Positions 13,965 through 25,026 of a stretch of DNA of 64,000 nucleotides are shown one piece after another. A program made the translations under genes and the position numbers. Every line of letters starts with the position of its first letter. Positions within the stretch are counted from its first letter, which is position 1. The notes under the pieces are model-generated. The model worked only from the letters and a program-made list of their open reading frames with translations, ran no database searches and was not told the DNA's origin. This DNA comes from Eutreptiella sp. 'Long Island Sound 2002' (taxonomy: Eukaryota > Protista > Euglenida): positions 3,720,001 to 3,784,000 of the forward strand of contig OZ038378.1 of NCBI GenBank assembly GCA_964036045.1. Reading direction: 5' to 3'.

Positions 13965-14230
13965 GTCGATCGCAGAAAAATGGTGTCCCGATCCCCATGG
14001 TATGTTATACCTTTTTGAAATGTACGTTTGAAGGGCTTTCTAACACAATTTCAGTTGGGGTCCATCTCACCGATACGTCAAAATGCCGGGCCGTATGAAA
14101 AATGGTTTTGGTTCCGGACGTCCAATTTTGTGAGCCGGACTGCAGATGCAATTTGTACCCAGGGATGGTTCTAGGGAAATATCTCTAACACATTGTCCGA
14201 TGAAGAAAAGGGGGGGGATGGAACTTGTGC
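13965..14230 (+). repeat. Dispersed repeat, second copy at ~18080-18360
   Basis: Shared GGTATGTTATACCTTTTTGAAATGTACGT...CACCGATA...CAGATGCAATTTGTACCC.GG.ATGGT...GGGAA.TATCTCTAA. Confidence 0.8.
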
Positions 14231-14259
14231 ATTTTGATGTGCTGATTTCAAAAATGCAA

Positions 14260-14940
14260 GAGTTTTGGTGGCCAAGTCAACAGGTGCTCTCCCAAAATTG
14301 CACATTTTCTGCCCCAAAACAACCTTTTTTGGTCCAAATCAGCCTTGGAACGCATTCAAAACGGACAAATGAAGGGAGCCGGCTGCTACACCCACCATGT
14401 GGCTTGACCTCGCTGTGTCAAAGTGCCCTCTACCTCCACGATATGTCTCAGAAACGCCCCCAAAAGGAGCGAAAAAGCCCTAAAAATCAGCGTACATTGG
14501 CCACCAACAGCCCAACCCACGAATGGGCTATATCTTGGGCTACATGGCTCAAAAACCAATGCCGAGGGAACCCAATCCACCCACAACCCCCAACTCTTTG
14601 TCGTTTCCACCTATTAGAAGTGCCCAACGAGACACCTAGGACCCCGTACTGGTGCTCACTTGGTGTTAGTAGAGGCTAGCCTAGGTCCACCATGGTTTGC
14701 CTTGAAAATGGGGCATTTTGGGGCCGAAGTGGATCAAAAAGGGTCAAAAATGCCTTTTTCCAAAAAGATCTTGGACTATGTGGGGTGGCCGAAAAGGATA
14801 ATTGCGCCCAGTTTGAGCCCAATTTGCCCCAGTTTAGGCCATCTGGCCACATGAATGCACCAAATTTTAAACTTCTAGTGTACCATGGAGCCGTGCTGTG
14901 GAGCCACGTGGAGTTGGGGAGAGGGGTGTAGATTAGAGGA
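14260..14940 (+). mobile_element. Truncated copy of the TACACCCCTCTCCCC-terminal non-autonomous element family
   Basis: Colinear with 17180-18008; ends GGGGAGAGGGGTGTAGATTAGAGG followed by an AT/GT microsatellite. Confidence 0.7.
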
Positions 14941-14949
14941 TATATGCTG

Positions 14950-14952
<3 letters not shown>

Positions 14953-14993
<41 letters not shown>
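14953..14993. repeat. (GT)n microsatellite
   Basis: Read directly. Confidence 0.95.
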
Positions 14994-14995
<2 letters not shown>

Positions 14996-15518
14996 CGATT
15001 ATTCGTTTGTGGCCCCCCAACCCCCCCCCCCCACTACCAGGTGCGTTTTTGGGGGTACAGGTATCCCCCCCCCATTTTGGGGGCGGGGAGTAAAAAAAAA
15101 ACATGTTGTTGGAAGGTATTTGGATGGGCAGGGGTGGGTTTTGGGGCTTACTAAGGGATTGAAAGGGTTAAAAACAGGGTACGACATCACCAATGACCAA
15201 CTCCTACCCAGAATGCCAAAAAAAGGCAACTTAGGGACAAAATTGGTGAGGTGAGGCATTACTCACCCCTAAAAGTGGCCTTTAATGATAAAAATAATCA
15301 GAAGGAATGGGATTGTTTCCAACTTCCATGGTATGTGGGGGGGGGGGGGGTGGGGCAAGAGCGGATCATCACCATGTACATATGCATGTCTGTTTGCATG
15401 GGGGGGAGGTACCCCCCCTTTTTTTTTACGAATTATTGACCGTTTTTTTCCCTCAATTTTTATGGAATTTCTCAAAAATATCGTCCCTCTATGGCAAAGC
15501 TAAGGTTATTGTTAACCT

Positions 15519-16933
15519 TACACCCCTTTCCCCTTGAATCTAGCCAACAAGCAAGCAAGCAAGCAACAAGCAAGAATGTCTCCTTTCCGTTTTGGCCATT
15601 CATTCTTCCCAACGCTTCATGGTGTGCTCTACTCTGGCCATCCTCGCCTCGGTGGCAGCTTTGCCAAATCCAAGTGTTGAGCCAAAACCCAAAATCTAGG
15701 CTGTTTTGGGCAAAAAATGGCTGGTTTTGCCTAAGAAAGCTCTAGGGCCCATTCAAACCGGGCAAATGAAGAAAAGTGGCAGGTACATTCCACCCTGTAG
15801 CTTGACTTCCTCGTGTCAAAGAGCCCTTTGGTGCCCTCTAACCCCACAATATGTCCAAGCAACACCCCCCAAAGCCCCCCAAAAGCCCTAGAATTTGCGC
15901 AAATCAGCCACAGCCAGCCCCAAACAAGAGCTGGCCATATCTTGGGCTTCATGGCTCAAGATGAGATTCCAAAGGCACCAAGTCCACCGTGAACCCCTCA
16001 CTATTGGTGGTTTGCAAGGTGTGTACAACAGCCCCTCAAAGGGTCCACCGTCACGAGCACACATGAATAGTGGGTCCACAACCATGTACAATCTCCATCT
16101 TAGGACCTGTAGATTCACACAGGCGAGGTGTGTCCCTAACGAGGACGCCAGAGGGGGCAACCATTGTTGGTAGTTTCCACCCTTGAGAATAGCCCAAACG
16201 GACGCCCGGACGCCCCTACCAATGCCCACTAGGCTGTGGCAAGCTGCGAGAGAGCCGAAACATGTAGGCGCCAAAATGGGTCAACGAGGTCCAGTGGGGG
16301 CAAATTTTTTTTTCAAAAATGATCCTAGATCATGTGGGATGCCAAAACAAGAGGTTTTAGCCCGTTTTAAGCCCGTGGTGGCCCGTTTTGGCCCTCCAAA
16401 AAACATGAAAAATGAGCCATTTTCGGACCAAGAATGGGCCAAAAACGCGTGTTTTCAAAATGATCTTGTACCATTTGGGATGCACAAACAAGTGAAATGA
16501 GCTCATAGGTCCATTTTGAGCCATTTTGGCCCACTAAAAGTCCACAGAAGCCTTGAAAATGGGCCATTTTGGGACCAACAATGAGTCAAAAATGGGACAA
16601 AAAACGTTTTCCCAAACCTGATTCTGCACCATTCGGAGTGCACAATCAAGTGAAATGAGCCCATTTGCAGCCCGTTTTGTGCCATTTTGGCCCCTCTAAG
16701 ATCCCCAAAAGTCTTGAAAATGGGCCCTTCGGGTAACTAAAATGGGTCAAAAACATGCTTCCCAAAAATGCTCCCGGACTGTTTGGGTGCTCAAACGGGA
16801 TCATTGCACCCATTTTGAGCCCATTTTGGCCCGCTTAAGCCCACCTAGTCACGTGAAGGCACCAAGTTGTACACTTCTAGCGTACCTTAGAACCGTGCTC
16901 TGGAGACACGTAGAGGTGGGGGTAGATTGGAGG
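15519..16933 (+). mobile_element. TACACCCCTCTCCCC-terminal non-autonomous element
   Basis: Starts TACACCCCTTTCCCC, then (GCAA)n; internal repeated TTTTGGGACCAA/ATGGGTCAAAA blocks; ends GGGGGTAGATTGGAGG. Confidence 0.75.
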
Positions 16934-16935
16934 AT

Positions 16936-18008
16936 ATATTACTACACCCCTCTCCCCTTAAACCTAGGTAACAACAAGTAACAAGCAACAAGCAACAAGC
17001 AACAAGCAGGCAAGCACCAAGCACTTCTCCTTTCCATGTCGGCCATCGCGGCCTCTCAACGCTATGGGCTCTACTGTGCTCTAGCCATTACAGACCATAG
17101 GTGGTGGCCTTGCCAAATCCAAGTTTTGAGCCGAAAACAAGTTTTGAGCCAAAAACTCACCGGTGGTACCCCGGGGCTGTGGCGCCAAATCAGCAGGTGC
17201 CCTTCCAAAATTGCGCATTTTCTGCCCAAAAACAGCCTTTTTTTGCCCAAAACGGCCCTGGAACCCATTCAAAACGGCCAAACGAAGGGAAACAGTTCCT
17301 ACACTCCGCGTGCGCCTTGACTTCCTCGTGACAAAGAGCCCTTTGTTGCCCTCTAACTCCACAATATGTCTGAGAAAAGGCCCAAAAATGACCAAAAATG
17401 GCCCAGATTGTGCATGATATTTTTCAAATTGCCCCAAAACCAAGAACGGGCCGTATATTGGGCTACGGGGCGCAAATCCCAAATCCGAGGGCACCTAGTC
17501 CACCTGCAACCCCACTTTTTGTGGTTTCCAAGCCTCAAAATCGCCCAACGAGACGTTGACACCCCCGTACCAGCGGTCACTTGGTGGAGCCAGTGGGCAA
17601 CACGAGCCGCACTCAGTGGGGGCCAACGGTGGGTCCACTGGGGTCCCCGGGGCGAAATTTTTTTTTCCAAAGTTGTTCTTAGACCACTTGGGATGCTCAA
17701 ACAAGTGTTTTTAGCGCGACTTGAGCCCGTGGTGACATGTTTTGGCCTGTGGAAAATCCCAAAATGCCTTGAAAATGGGATGTTTGGGACCACAGATGGG
17801 TCAAAAATGGGTCAAAGACTTGCCCCCCCCCCAAAAAAAAAGATCCATTTGGGGTGCTCAAACGGGATAATTGCGCCCATTTAGATCTCATTTTGACCCA
17901 GTTGACCCCATTTCGCCACCTGAATGCACCAAGTTGTGCACTTCTCGCGCACCTTAGAGCCGTGCTGTACAGCCACGTAGAGTTGGGGAGAGGGGTGTGG
18001 ATTAGAGA
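16936..18008 (+). mobile_element. TACACCCCTCTCCCC-terminal non-autonomous element, head-to-tail with the previous copy
   Basis: Starts ATATTACTACACCCCTCTCCCC then (GCAACAA)n; ends GGGGAGAGGGGTGTGGATTAGAG (inverted terminal core). Confidence 0.8.
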
Positions 18009-18030
18009 ATATATATAGAACGGATAATCG

Positions 18031-18062
<32 letters not shown>

Positions 18063-18779
18063 CCTCTAATCTACACCCCTTGATTGCGGAAAAATGTTGT
18101 TCTCGTCCCCAGGTATGTTATACCTTTTTGAAATGTACGTGTCAAGGGTTTTCCAACGCCTTTTGAGTTGGGGTCTATCTCACCGATATCTCAAAATGCC
18201 AGGCTGTACGGAAAAAAAAACATTTTGGTTTTGGCCCGGTTCTGCGGGCTACACCGCAGATGCAATTTGTACCCGGGATGGTCCAGGGAAGTATCTCTAA
18301 CATATCGTTGTTCTGCTAACAAAAAATGCCTTGTCCCCAAAACATGCAGTTTTTCATGCCCGATCCATTGGTGAGTGTCTCGCCCTCTAACTCCACAAGC
18401 TATAGCAACACACCACTGTCACCCTTGTCCCCCTGCTTTGCCGGCTGAAGTTTGTTTGTGTGTGAGGCAACCCCTCACTGTTCTCTTCGGGGCGGGATTT
18501 GTCTACTTGCGCCCGAGTAAAGGCCGCTGGGCCTAGCGCAGTTGGTGTATATACCCTTTACGGGAACACCACAGCCAGCCCGAGTAATGCCATGCATATG
18601 GCTTGTGCATTTACACTTGCAGGGGGGTCCTTAAAGGACGAGAATTTTTTTTTTGTTAAGGACCCCCCTTAAGGCCAGCCACTAGAGGCCTTTTTGCCCC
18701 GGCCCAACGTGGGCCATGTCTATCCCCCCCTTTTGGGGATCGCCGAGAAAGCAGTAGTTACGTAGCAATTCCGCCCTCT

Positions 18780-19365
18780 TTTGGGCGCCACTTGTGATTT
18801 TGCCCCCCGCTCTGAGGCGGAGGGGATCCCCGAGGCCGCAGGGGTTACGTAGCCACCTTGCCCACAAGTGGGCCACTTCTGATTCTGCCCCCCGCTCTGA
18901 AGCGGAGGGGATCCCCGAGGCGGCAGGGGTTACGTAGCCACCTTGCCCACAAGTGGGCCACTTCTGATTCTGCCCCCCGCTCTGAAGCGGAGGGGATCCC
19001 CGAGGCGGCAGGGGTTACGTAGCCACCTTGCCCACAAGTGGGCCACTTCTGATTTTGCCCCCCGCTCTGAAGCGGTGGGGATCCCCGAGACGGCAGGGGT
19101 TGCGTAGCCACCTTGCCCACAAGTGGGCCACTTCTGATTTTGCCCCCCGCTCTGAAGTGGTGGGGATCCCCGAGGCGGCAGGGGTTACGTAGCCACCTTG
19201 CCCACAAGTGGGCCACTTCTGATTTTGCCCCCCGCTCTGAAGCGGTGGGGATCCCCGAGGCGGCAGGGGTTACGTAGCCACCTTGCCCACAAGTGGGCCA
19301 CTTCTGATTTTGCCCCCCGCTCTGAAGCGGTGGGGATCCCCGCGACGGCAGGGGTTGCGTAGCAC
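18780..19365 (+). repeat. 85-bp tandem minisatellite inside hAT-like copy 1 (about 6-7 units)
   Basis: Unit GGGGTTACGTAGCCACCTTGCCCACAAGTGGGCCACTTCTGATT...CCCCGAGGCGGCA recurs at 18841 and 18926, etc. Confidence 0.9.
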
Positions 19366-19369
19366 CACC

Positions 19370-20211
19370 ATGCGTCATGTCATTCCAAGGGGGTGGGAGG
19401 AATCGTTGGGTGTTGACGTAGGGAGTAACCTCATCAAGGGTAGCCGGATGAAGTTTTTTCGCAGTTTGATTGAAGACGTGCAGACACGATTCAAGGGAAC
19501 TGAGTGGGATGGTAGTGCTAAAGTGGAGGATTGGGTTGAGGCAAGCTCGTGTTCGTGTGAGAGAGTGTTTAGCTACGTGACGGCTACGGACTTTGGCCAA
19601 AGCACGGAGCGCATGTGTGAGACGCCGTGGGTAAGGTGCAATGGGGAGGCATCAGAGGATTGGGGGCCCTTTGAGGTTTTTGATGATCTTCGCACCCCTT
19701 TCCGCCCGCCCAAACGGAAGCAAGGGCATGCAATTGAGGGGGAAGATGGCGGTTTGCTTGGGTTTGCGGCTTTCAAGGATTTGGTAGTTTCTTTGGAAGA
19801 GGATGGTCAGGCAGAGGTTCAGTTGGACATTCAAGATTTGTGGGTCGTCCCCAAGAGGGCGACACGTCACGCCGGCATTGGCGATGTGTATGGGGTTGGG
19901 TTGGAGGGTGAGGACGAAGACAGTGAGGACGAGGATTTGGAGCAGCCAGGTGAAGTTGCCAGTAGCTCCTCTTCTGACCTTGTAACCCGTCAGCTGTCCC
20001 CTCCACCTCTTCTAACCCTGCCGCGCAGTTGGTGTTTGCGTATGATGTGGATGAGGCGGTGTTGAAGGCAATGGAGAGGGGGAGGTTGCATGAGTGGACT
20101 AAAGTTGAGTTTAAGGCCATTTGTAGGAAGCATGGTTTGAGTGTCAGCGGGGGGAAGGGTGAGCTTATGGAGCGTGTCAGGGTGCACTTCCAGAGGTTGT
20201 ACCAGCTGTAG
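19370..20211 (+). pseudogene. Transposase C-terminal remnant spliced (44-nt intron 19950-19993) to a C-terminal SAP domain
   Basis: VEASSCSCERVFSYV motif, NLS-like PKRKQ and an acidic tract. Removing GTGAAG...CCCGTCAG restores frame into EFKAICRKHGLSVSGGKGELMERVRVHF (SAP consensus). Confidence 0.7.
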
Positions 20212-22632
20212 GGAGTTTGTTATCAGCTGTGCCACCGGCGATGGAACATTCGGGTGGTCGAACGCTGCATCACTGGATTTGATCAGAAAAAAGTATTGCT
20301 CTTGTTCATGTTGAATTGTGCAGGGTGTGAGGTAGGGTTCTGATGCTATCATGCAACACATGTGGGGCTAGGATCATATGGTTGTGTGCTTATACAAATT
20401 TGGGGCTAGGGACTCATGGTTGAACAGTTGGGAACACCAGGGTGAAGACATGTACTGTCGGTGGGCTCTTTTGAAAATACCAGGTTCTGGAACAACTTTT
20501 TTTTTTTTTTTTTTTTTGCGTTAAGGACCCCCCTGGTGATCATTGAATTCCTGTCTACGCCAGAGTCGACGGCGGGGTACCTCTCGGACGTGTTTATGGC
20601 TTTGGAGTTGGTCGTCGTTGCGCGCTTCCACGTGCATCACACCTGCCACAACCACACTCACTGAAAGTCAGAGAGCCCACAGACATGGCCTGTGGGGTGG
20701 AAGTACAGGGACCACAACCCTCCACAAGAAGGTGATCCATCACGGGACGCCCAAAGTGCCGGCCGCTGCCGCCCTGTCTCCTCAGCAGGTATAATCTGTG
20801 CACACTGTTCAGTCATGTATTGGCTGCTATTGCTTACTCTTTTCAGGTTTTTGCCATATGGTGTGGCGGTAGCCTACCGCACTAGAGAGCCCTCTGGTCA
20901 ACGCATATGAGCTCTGGGTCTTTGCCTTGTGCCCCGCTTTGTGGGGATCCACTGTATCATATGTTTGGAGTCGCCCAATATTCAAGAAGAGTCTTGAGTA
21001 CTCTGCGAACTGCGAGTCAGTCAAAAAAAAAAAAAAGAAACACAAACAAACCAGCTATACTAGACAACCAAGCACCAAACACGCCACCACTACAACGAGG
21101 TAGCACAGACCTTGCGCCTGACACGACGCTACACAACCCACCTCAATCACGTGCACCGCATCACACACGCACATTGCGACACATCACACTGCTGTTCCAG
21201 CTGCATAAAGCATGGCTCAACCGCCTGTTTCTCGAGTCCCAGGCATACGCCGCACAACGGGAAGAGTACGACAATGCGACCAGGCCGGTACAACAAAGGT
21301 GGGGGGCACACTGGGCTTTGCACAGACAGTGGCGATCAGGGGCTTGGCAGAGGCCATCACGATGTCGGCACGGGCGTTGCGGCCGCATGAACCCAGCCCC
21401 ACCCCACTCTCCCTGTGGCGGTGCGTGTTTTCGTGGATGCTGCCAGGCACGACTTGACACCTGGCCGGCCCCCGTCATACTCGGCCAGGGTTGTAGGGTT
21501 ACTGCAGTGCAAAGTCTCCAACCAGATCACACCGGGGTCCAAAGCCCCTAGTCGTTCAATCATGGCTTGTGGACACCAGAGTAATGCAGCAAAGCCAGCC
21601 CATGGAGCTCGGTTACCATGAGCTGCAACGCTGAATGCAGCGACCCATGCTTTGTAATGTTGCAATGCTTTGAATGGCAATGATTTGCTACCTTGAATGC
21701 AGTATCCCTAACACAGGCCTGCAAGTTGCACCGTTTGCCGTTTTGGCCAGTTTCGGGCGGCTGCATTGTAAGCGACGGGGGACGGAGCTGGCACCCCCGG
21801 CCCACGGGCACCGGTGCAATGGTGCGTGGAGTCAACCCCCACCGCAATGTGGTGTTTGGGGCGTTGAAAGGGGGGCTTAGCCCCCTGCACACCCACACTG
21901 CCACCGCCCGCGGCCTATGGACCAACACATTGTTGTGGCCAACCGATCAGAAGTTTGCCCTCTATGCCTGTGGGTTGTTCACAGGGGTGAGGGGTGGCAC
22001 GTCAACATCCCGTTTCCTTGCGAACGGGGGTTGCAGTCATTAACTGAACTTCACAGGACCATTATTTGTACTGCAGTTTGATTTTTGTTTGTGTGGTGGG
22101 CCTTAGCCTCCCACCCACCCATTGCAGATGTCTGCTATGGGATGGCCATGGGAGATGTCTGCTATGCATTGATTGAATGATTTGTGCTGTTTGCTTCGTA
22201 TCACTGCAACAGAAAGGCGGGGCCCTTCCTGGTCCCCAGTCTCAAGGCCTGTCCTTTGCACTACTTTGCATTGCACAGTACCCCACATGCTCTTGTGTAC
22301 CATGCCCTCATCCGGCGATGCGCCATCCTTGCTCAGAGGACCTCGGAATGCCGGCCTGTCACCCCTCTCTCTGATGGCTATCGGCGTTGCATTGTCCATG
22401 GCGACGTTTGTGGTCGAAGTTGACAGGTTTGCATTCGGTCTTTACACCCTGGCCCCACTGCAGACGAGCAAAACGGGAGGGGAGCAATGGGTACAGGACC
22501 GCAGTGGGGAGAGCGAGGCCTGCTCCATGCTGAATGAAGAGAATGAGGAGTTACTTCAACCCGCAACAGCAGTTAGCCAACGACCAGAGGGGGATACTGG
22601 ACAACCACTATGCCACCTTTTGGAGGGACGAC

Positions 22633-22853
22633 CAGGGATGCATTGGAAGGGGGGGAGGTACCCACCCTCCCCACCCCGGGGCGCCCAGCCTATGCCCAGC
22701 CACTGTCCCCCTGACGGCAAGTGCCGGCTTCAATGGCAGTGGTAACCGACAGTAACCGCCCCCAACCGCTTTGGCAACCTCCTCCAACCGCCTGTCTAAC
22801 CGCTGCTGCTGCTGGGGCCGCCTCGGAGGTCCCTTTCCTGCCAAGCATCCGTG
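22633..22853 (+). mobile_element. hAT-type MITE (CAGGGATGCATT family)
   Basis: Perfect 8-bp TSD GGGACGAC (22625-22632 / 22854-22861); imperfect TIR CAGGGATGCATTGGAAGGG / CCCTTTCCTGCCAAGCATCCGTG. Confidence 0.85.
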
Positions 22854-23075
22854 GGGACGACCCCCCGAACACTCCTGCACCCACTACAGCCGCCAGCATA
22901 GCACAAGCGCCCATGGCACTCTCTAGGCCAAGGCCGCGGCAGCAAAGGCACGCGGCCATCCCGACTGTGGCGGAATGGCCGCGGAAGCGAATGACTTTGT
23001 CTTGGAAACTCCCTCGGGTGTTGCCCACTACCTCCAGGCATTGAAGGTGGAGATGCAAGGGTTTGTCTCGGCCCC

Positions 23076-25001
23076 ATGGGACGGCTGGGCACGCTGAGAT
23101 GCGACGGTCGCAGCGGCATGCAGTGGACCTCTTGGAGGCGATTGTCCTGGAGCGAGGCCGTGCAGCCTGCCAAGCGGAGAAATGAGGGGTGGGATTGTTC
23201 GCCGACCTATCTCTATCGCACCACTCTTTCACCAGGGGTCTCAATGGGACCCGGGCCACTAACCGCCCCCTCCCCCCCCCCCCCCCGCCTGTTTCCCCGG
23301 GACCAAGATCTGACATCTCCATACCTAAACCTTGCGCTGGTCCTCAACACAAAGGAAACACAACTCAAGCAAGTCATCTGGCCAGGTGAAGGCCCTCTCT
23401 GTGCAACCATTGCAGTCAGCAGTACGGCAATCCGTGAAGGAGTTGAAACCTTCAATCTATTAAAGGCACAGTACCCGATAGTGGACCTGCGAATGATCAT
23501 CTTCACCCCGCACGAGAAAAAATTGCACGAGGGTGCAGACTTTCTAGCAGACACTTTGAATTTTGGCATTGACGCGGTCTCGCTTCTGAATCGCTCTCTC
23601 AGTCTGCAAGGCGACAACGGCAAGTTACATGCGTGGGTCGTCACATCGCAACATACAACCAGGCTCAATCCGTTCGTCGGTAGGCCGGTCAGGAAAATGA
23701 TAACTCTGCTACCTCCTGGATCTGATCCGCTGAAACTGTTTGTCACTGAAGACAAACAAACTGGCAAACGTGCCATCGCTATCAACAACAAGTGGCTTGA
23801 CCAGATGGTCAAAGACCTTGGCATCTCAGAAGGACATCTTGCAATATGTCCAGGGCCACACCCAACCCAGACAAGTTGGGTAATCTTCCACCCAGCACAT
23901 GCCAGCAAGGAGGCCTTGGAGAAAGTCGAAACCGCTTACTTCCAGAAGGAAAACTTTGCCATGGTACCATGGGAAGTGCAACAAGGAGAACTTGGCCCCT
24001 GCGAAATCATTGCTGAAGCTTGGATCACTAAAAAGATGCAATCGCACCAGACCCTCACCACCTTTTGGGCAACAGTACACTACCACCTCCAAACGGTGGT
24101 AGATAAACTTCAGCAAGCTCCCAGACTGCAGTATGAGGCCACCAATAAACTGCGCCTGGGGTTCCCCAAAAAAGCAGACGCCGAAATATTCATGGCCACG
24201 ACACTACAAACGTTGAAATCCCTTGGCATGGCCTTCAAAACCGAAGGCACAAAGTCGGATTACTGGGATGCTGATGGCGCAAAATCAACTACAACATCCC
24301 GCTCTAATAGATCATGGGCCACACAGGGAACGAAAGAATCATCCTGTGATGAAGATCGCATCGTGCTGGTCGACTTCCCAGAGTATCTCTCACCAACGGA
24401 GGTGCTCAACATTATGAAAGGAGTATTCCAAAAGGCTGACATCCCGCTGCAGGATACCAAAATTGAGCTGCAGCGACTCAAATGGTCAATGGGCAGCCTG
24501 CGGAAACCAAACTGGCTTCTCAAAGCCCCTGCAGTGAGGAAGCTTGCTGGTGCGACAGTCACAATAGCGTCCCACTCAGGCTCACACAGTGCAGCTACCG
24601 TCCGGTCATATGCTGACTGGGACAAAGCATTCAAGGCATGGCAGAACAGGGACAAGATGCAAACTGATTCGGCGAGGCCGAACCAGGCGAAACAAACACC
24701 ATCCTCCCTGTTACGAAACGTTCCATCCCCTGCCCCCCCACCTGTCCCTGCTCCTGTATCTGTTGGCATGCCCCCTCCTGCACTCCCCAACATCCTGCCC
24801 CCCCCCCAAAATAGCATGTTTTACCAGCCCCAAGCACCCCTCAATGCGCAACAACTGAATTACCTGCAAGCTGTACTGACGCAGTCAACACACCCAACAC
24901 AATCGCAGTCTACATCGTCGATGATGCATCTTGACATAGCTAGTGTACGCGGCAAAAGGGCACGAGATGACTCTCAAAATGACGAACAATCCCAGTTCTA
25001 G
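23076..25001 (+). CDS. LINE ORF1 (gag-like, possible RRM-like segments, Pro/Gln-rich tail)
   Basis: 641-codon intronless ORF ending 25 nt before the likely ORF2 ATG. Assigned by position; no clear domain motif. Confidence 0.75.
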   Translation: MGRLGTLRCDGRSGMQWTSWRRLSWSEAVQPAKRRNEGWDCSPTYLYRTTLSPGVSMGPGPLTAPSPPPPRLFPRDQDLTSPYLNLALVLNTKETQLKQVIWPGEGPLCATIAVSSTAIREGVETFNLLKAQYPIVDLRMIIFTPHEKKLHEGADFLADTLNFGIDAVSLLNRSLSLQGDNGKLHAWVVTSQHTTRLNPFVGRPVRKMITLLPPGSDPLKLFVTEDKQTGKRAIAINNKWLDQMVKDLGISEGHLAICPGPHPTQTSWVIFHPAHASKEALEKVETAYFQKENFAMVPWEVQQGELGPCEIIAEAWITKKMQSHQTLTTFWATVHYHLQTVVDKLQQAPRLQYEATNKLRLGFPKKADAEIFMATTLQTLKSLGMAFKTEGTKSDYWDADGAKSTTTSRSNRSWATQGTKESSCDEDRIVLVDFPEYLSPTEVLNIMKGVFQKADIPLQDTKIELQRLKWSMGSLRKPNWLLKAPAVRKLAGATVTIASHSGSHSAATVRSYADWDKAFKAWQNRDKMQTDSARPNQAKQTPSSLLRNVPSPAPPPVPAPVSVGMPPPALPNILPPPQNSMFYQPQAPLNAQQLNYLQAVLTQSTHPTQSQSTSSMMHLDIASVRGKRARDDSQNDEQSQF

Positions 25002-25026
25002 GGGGTCCAACCCCCAAACACTGAAT

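Larger units (their letters stand above)
18620..20535 (+). mobile_element. hAT-like element copy 1 (85-bp minisatellite plus transposase-SAP remnant)
   Basis: 15-bp TIRs CAGGGGGGTCCTTAA / TTAAGGACCCCCCTG; SSCSCERVFS hATC-like motif; homologous to 56024-57602. Confidence 0.85.

Noticed and set aside
18780-19365. CRISPR-like array, and the long ORFs 18845-19600 and 56086-56742
   Set aside because: Units are contiguous with no unique spacers and no cas genes; the ORFs are translations of the minisatellite.
20540-20790. Missing 5' exon of the metalloprotease
   Set aside because: The obvious donor is phase 0 while 33645 needs phase 2, and there is no signal peptide.
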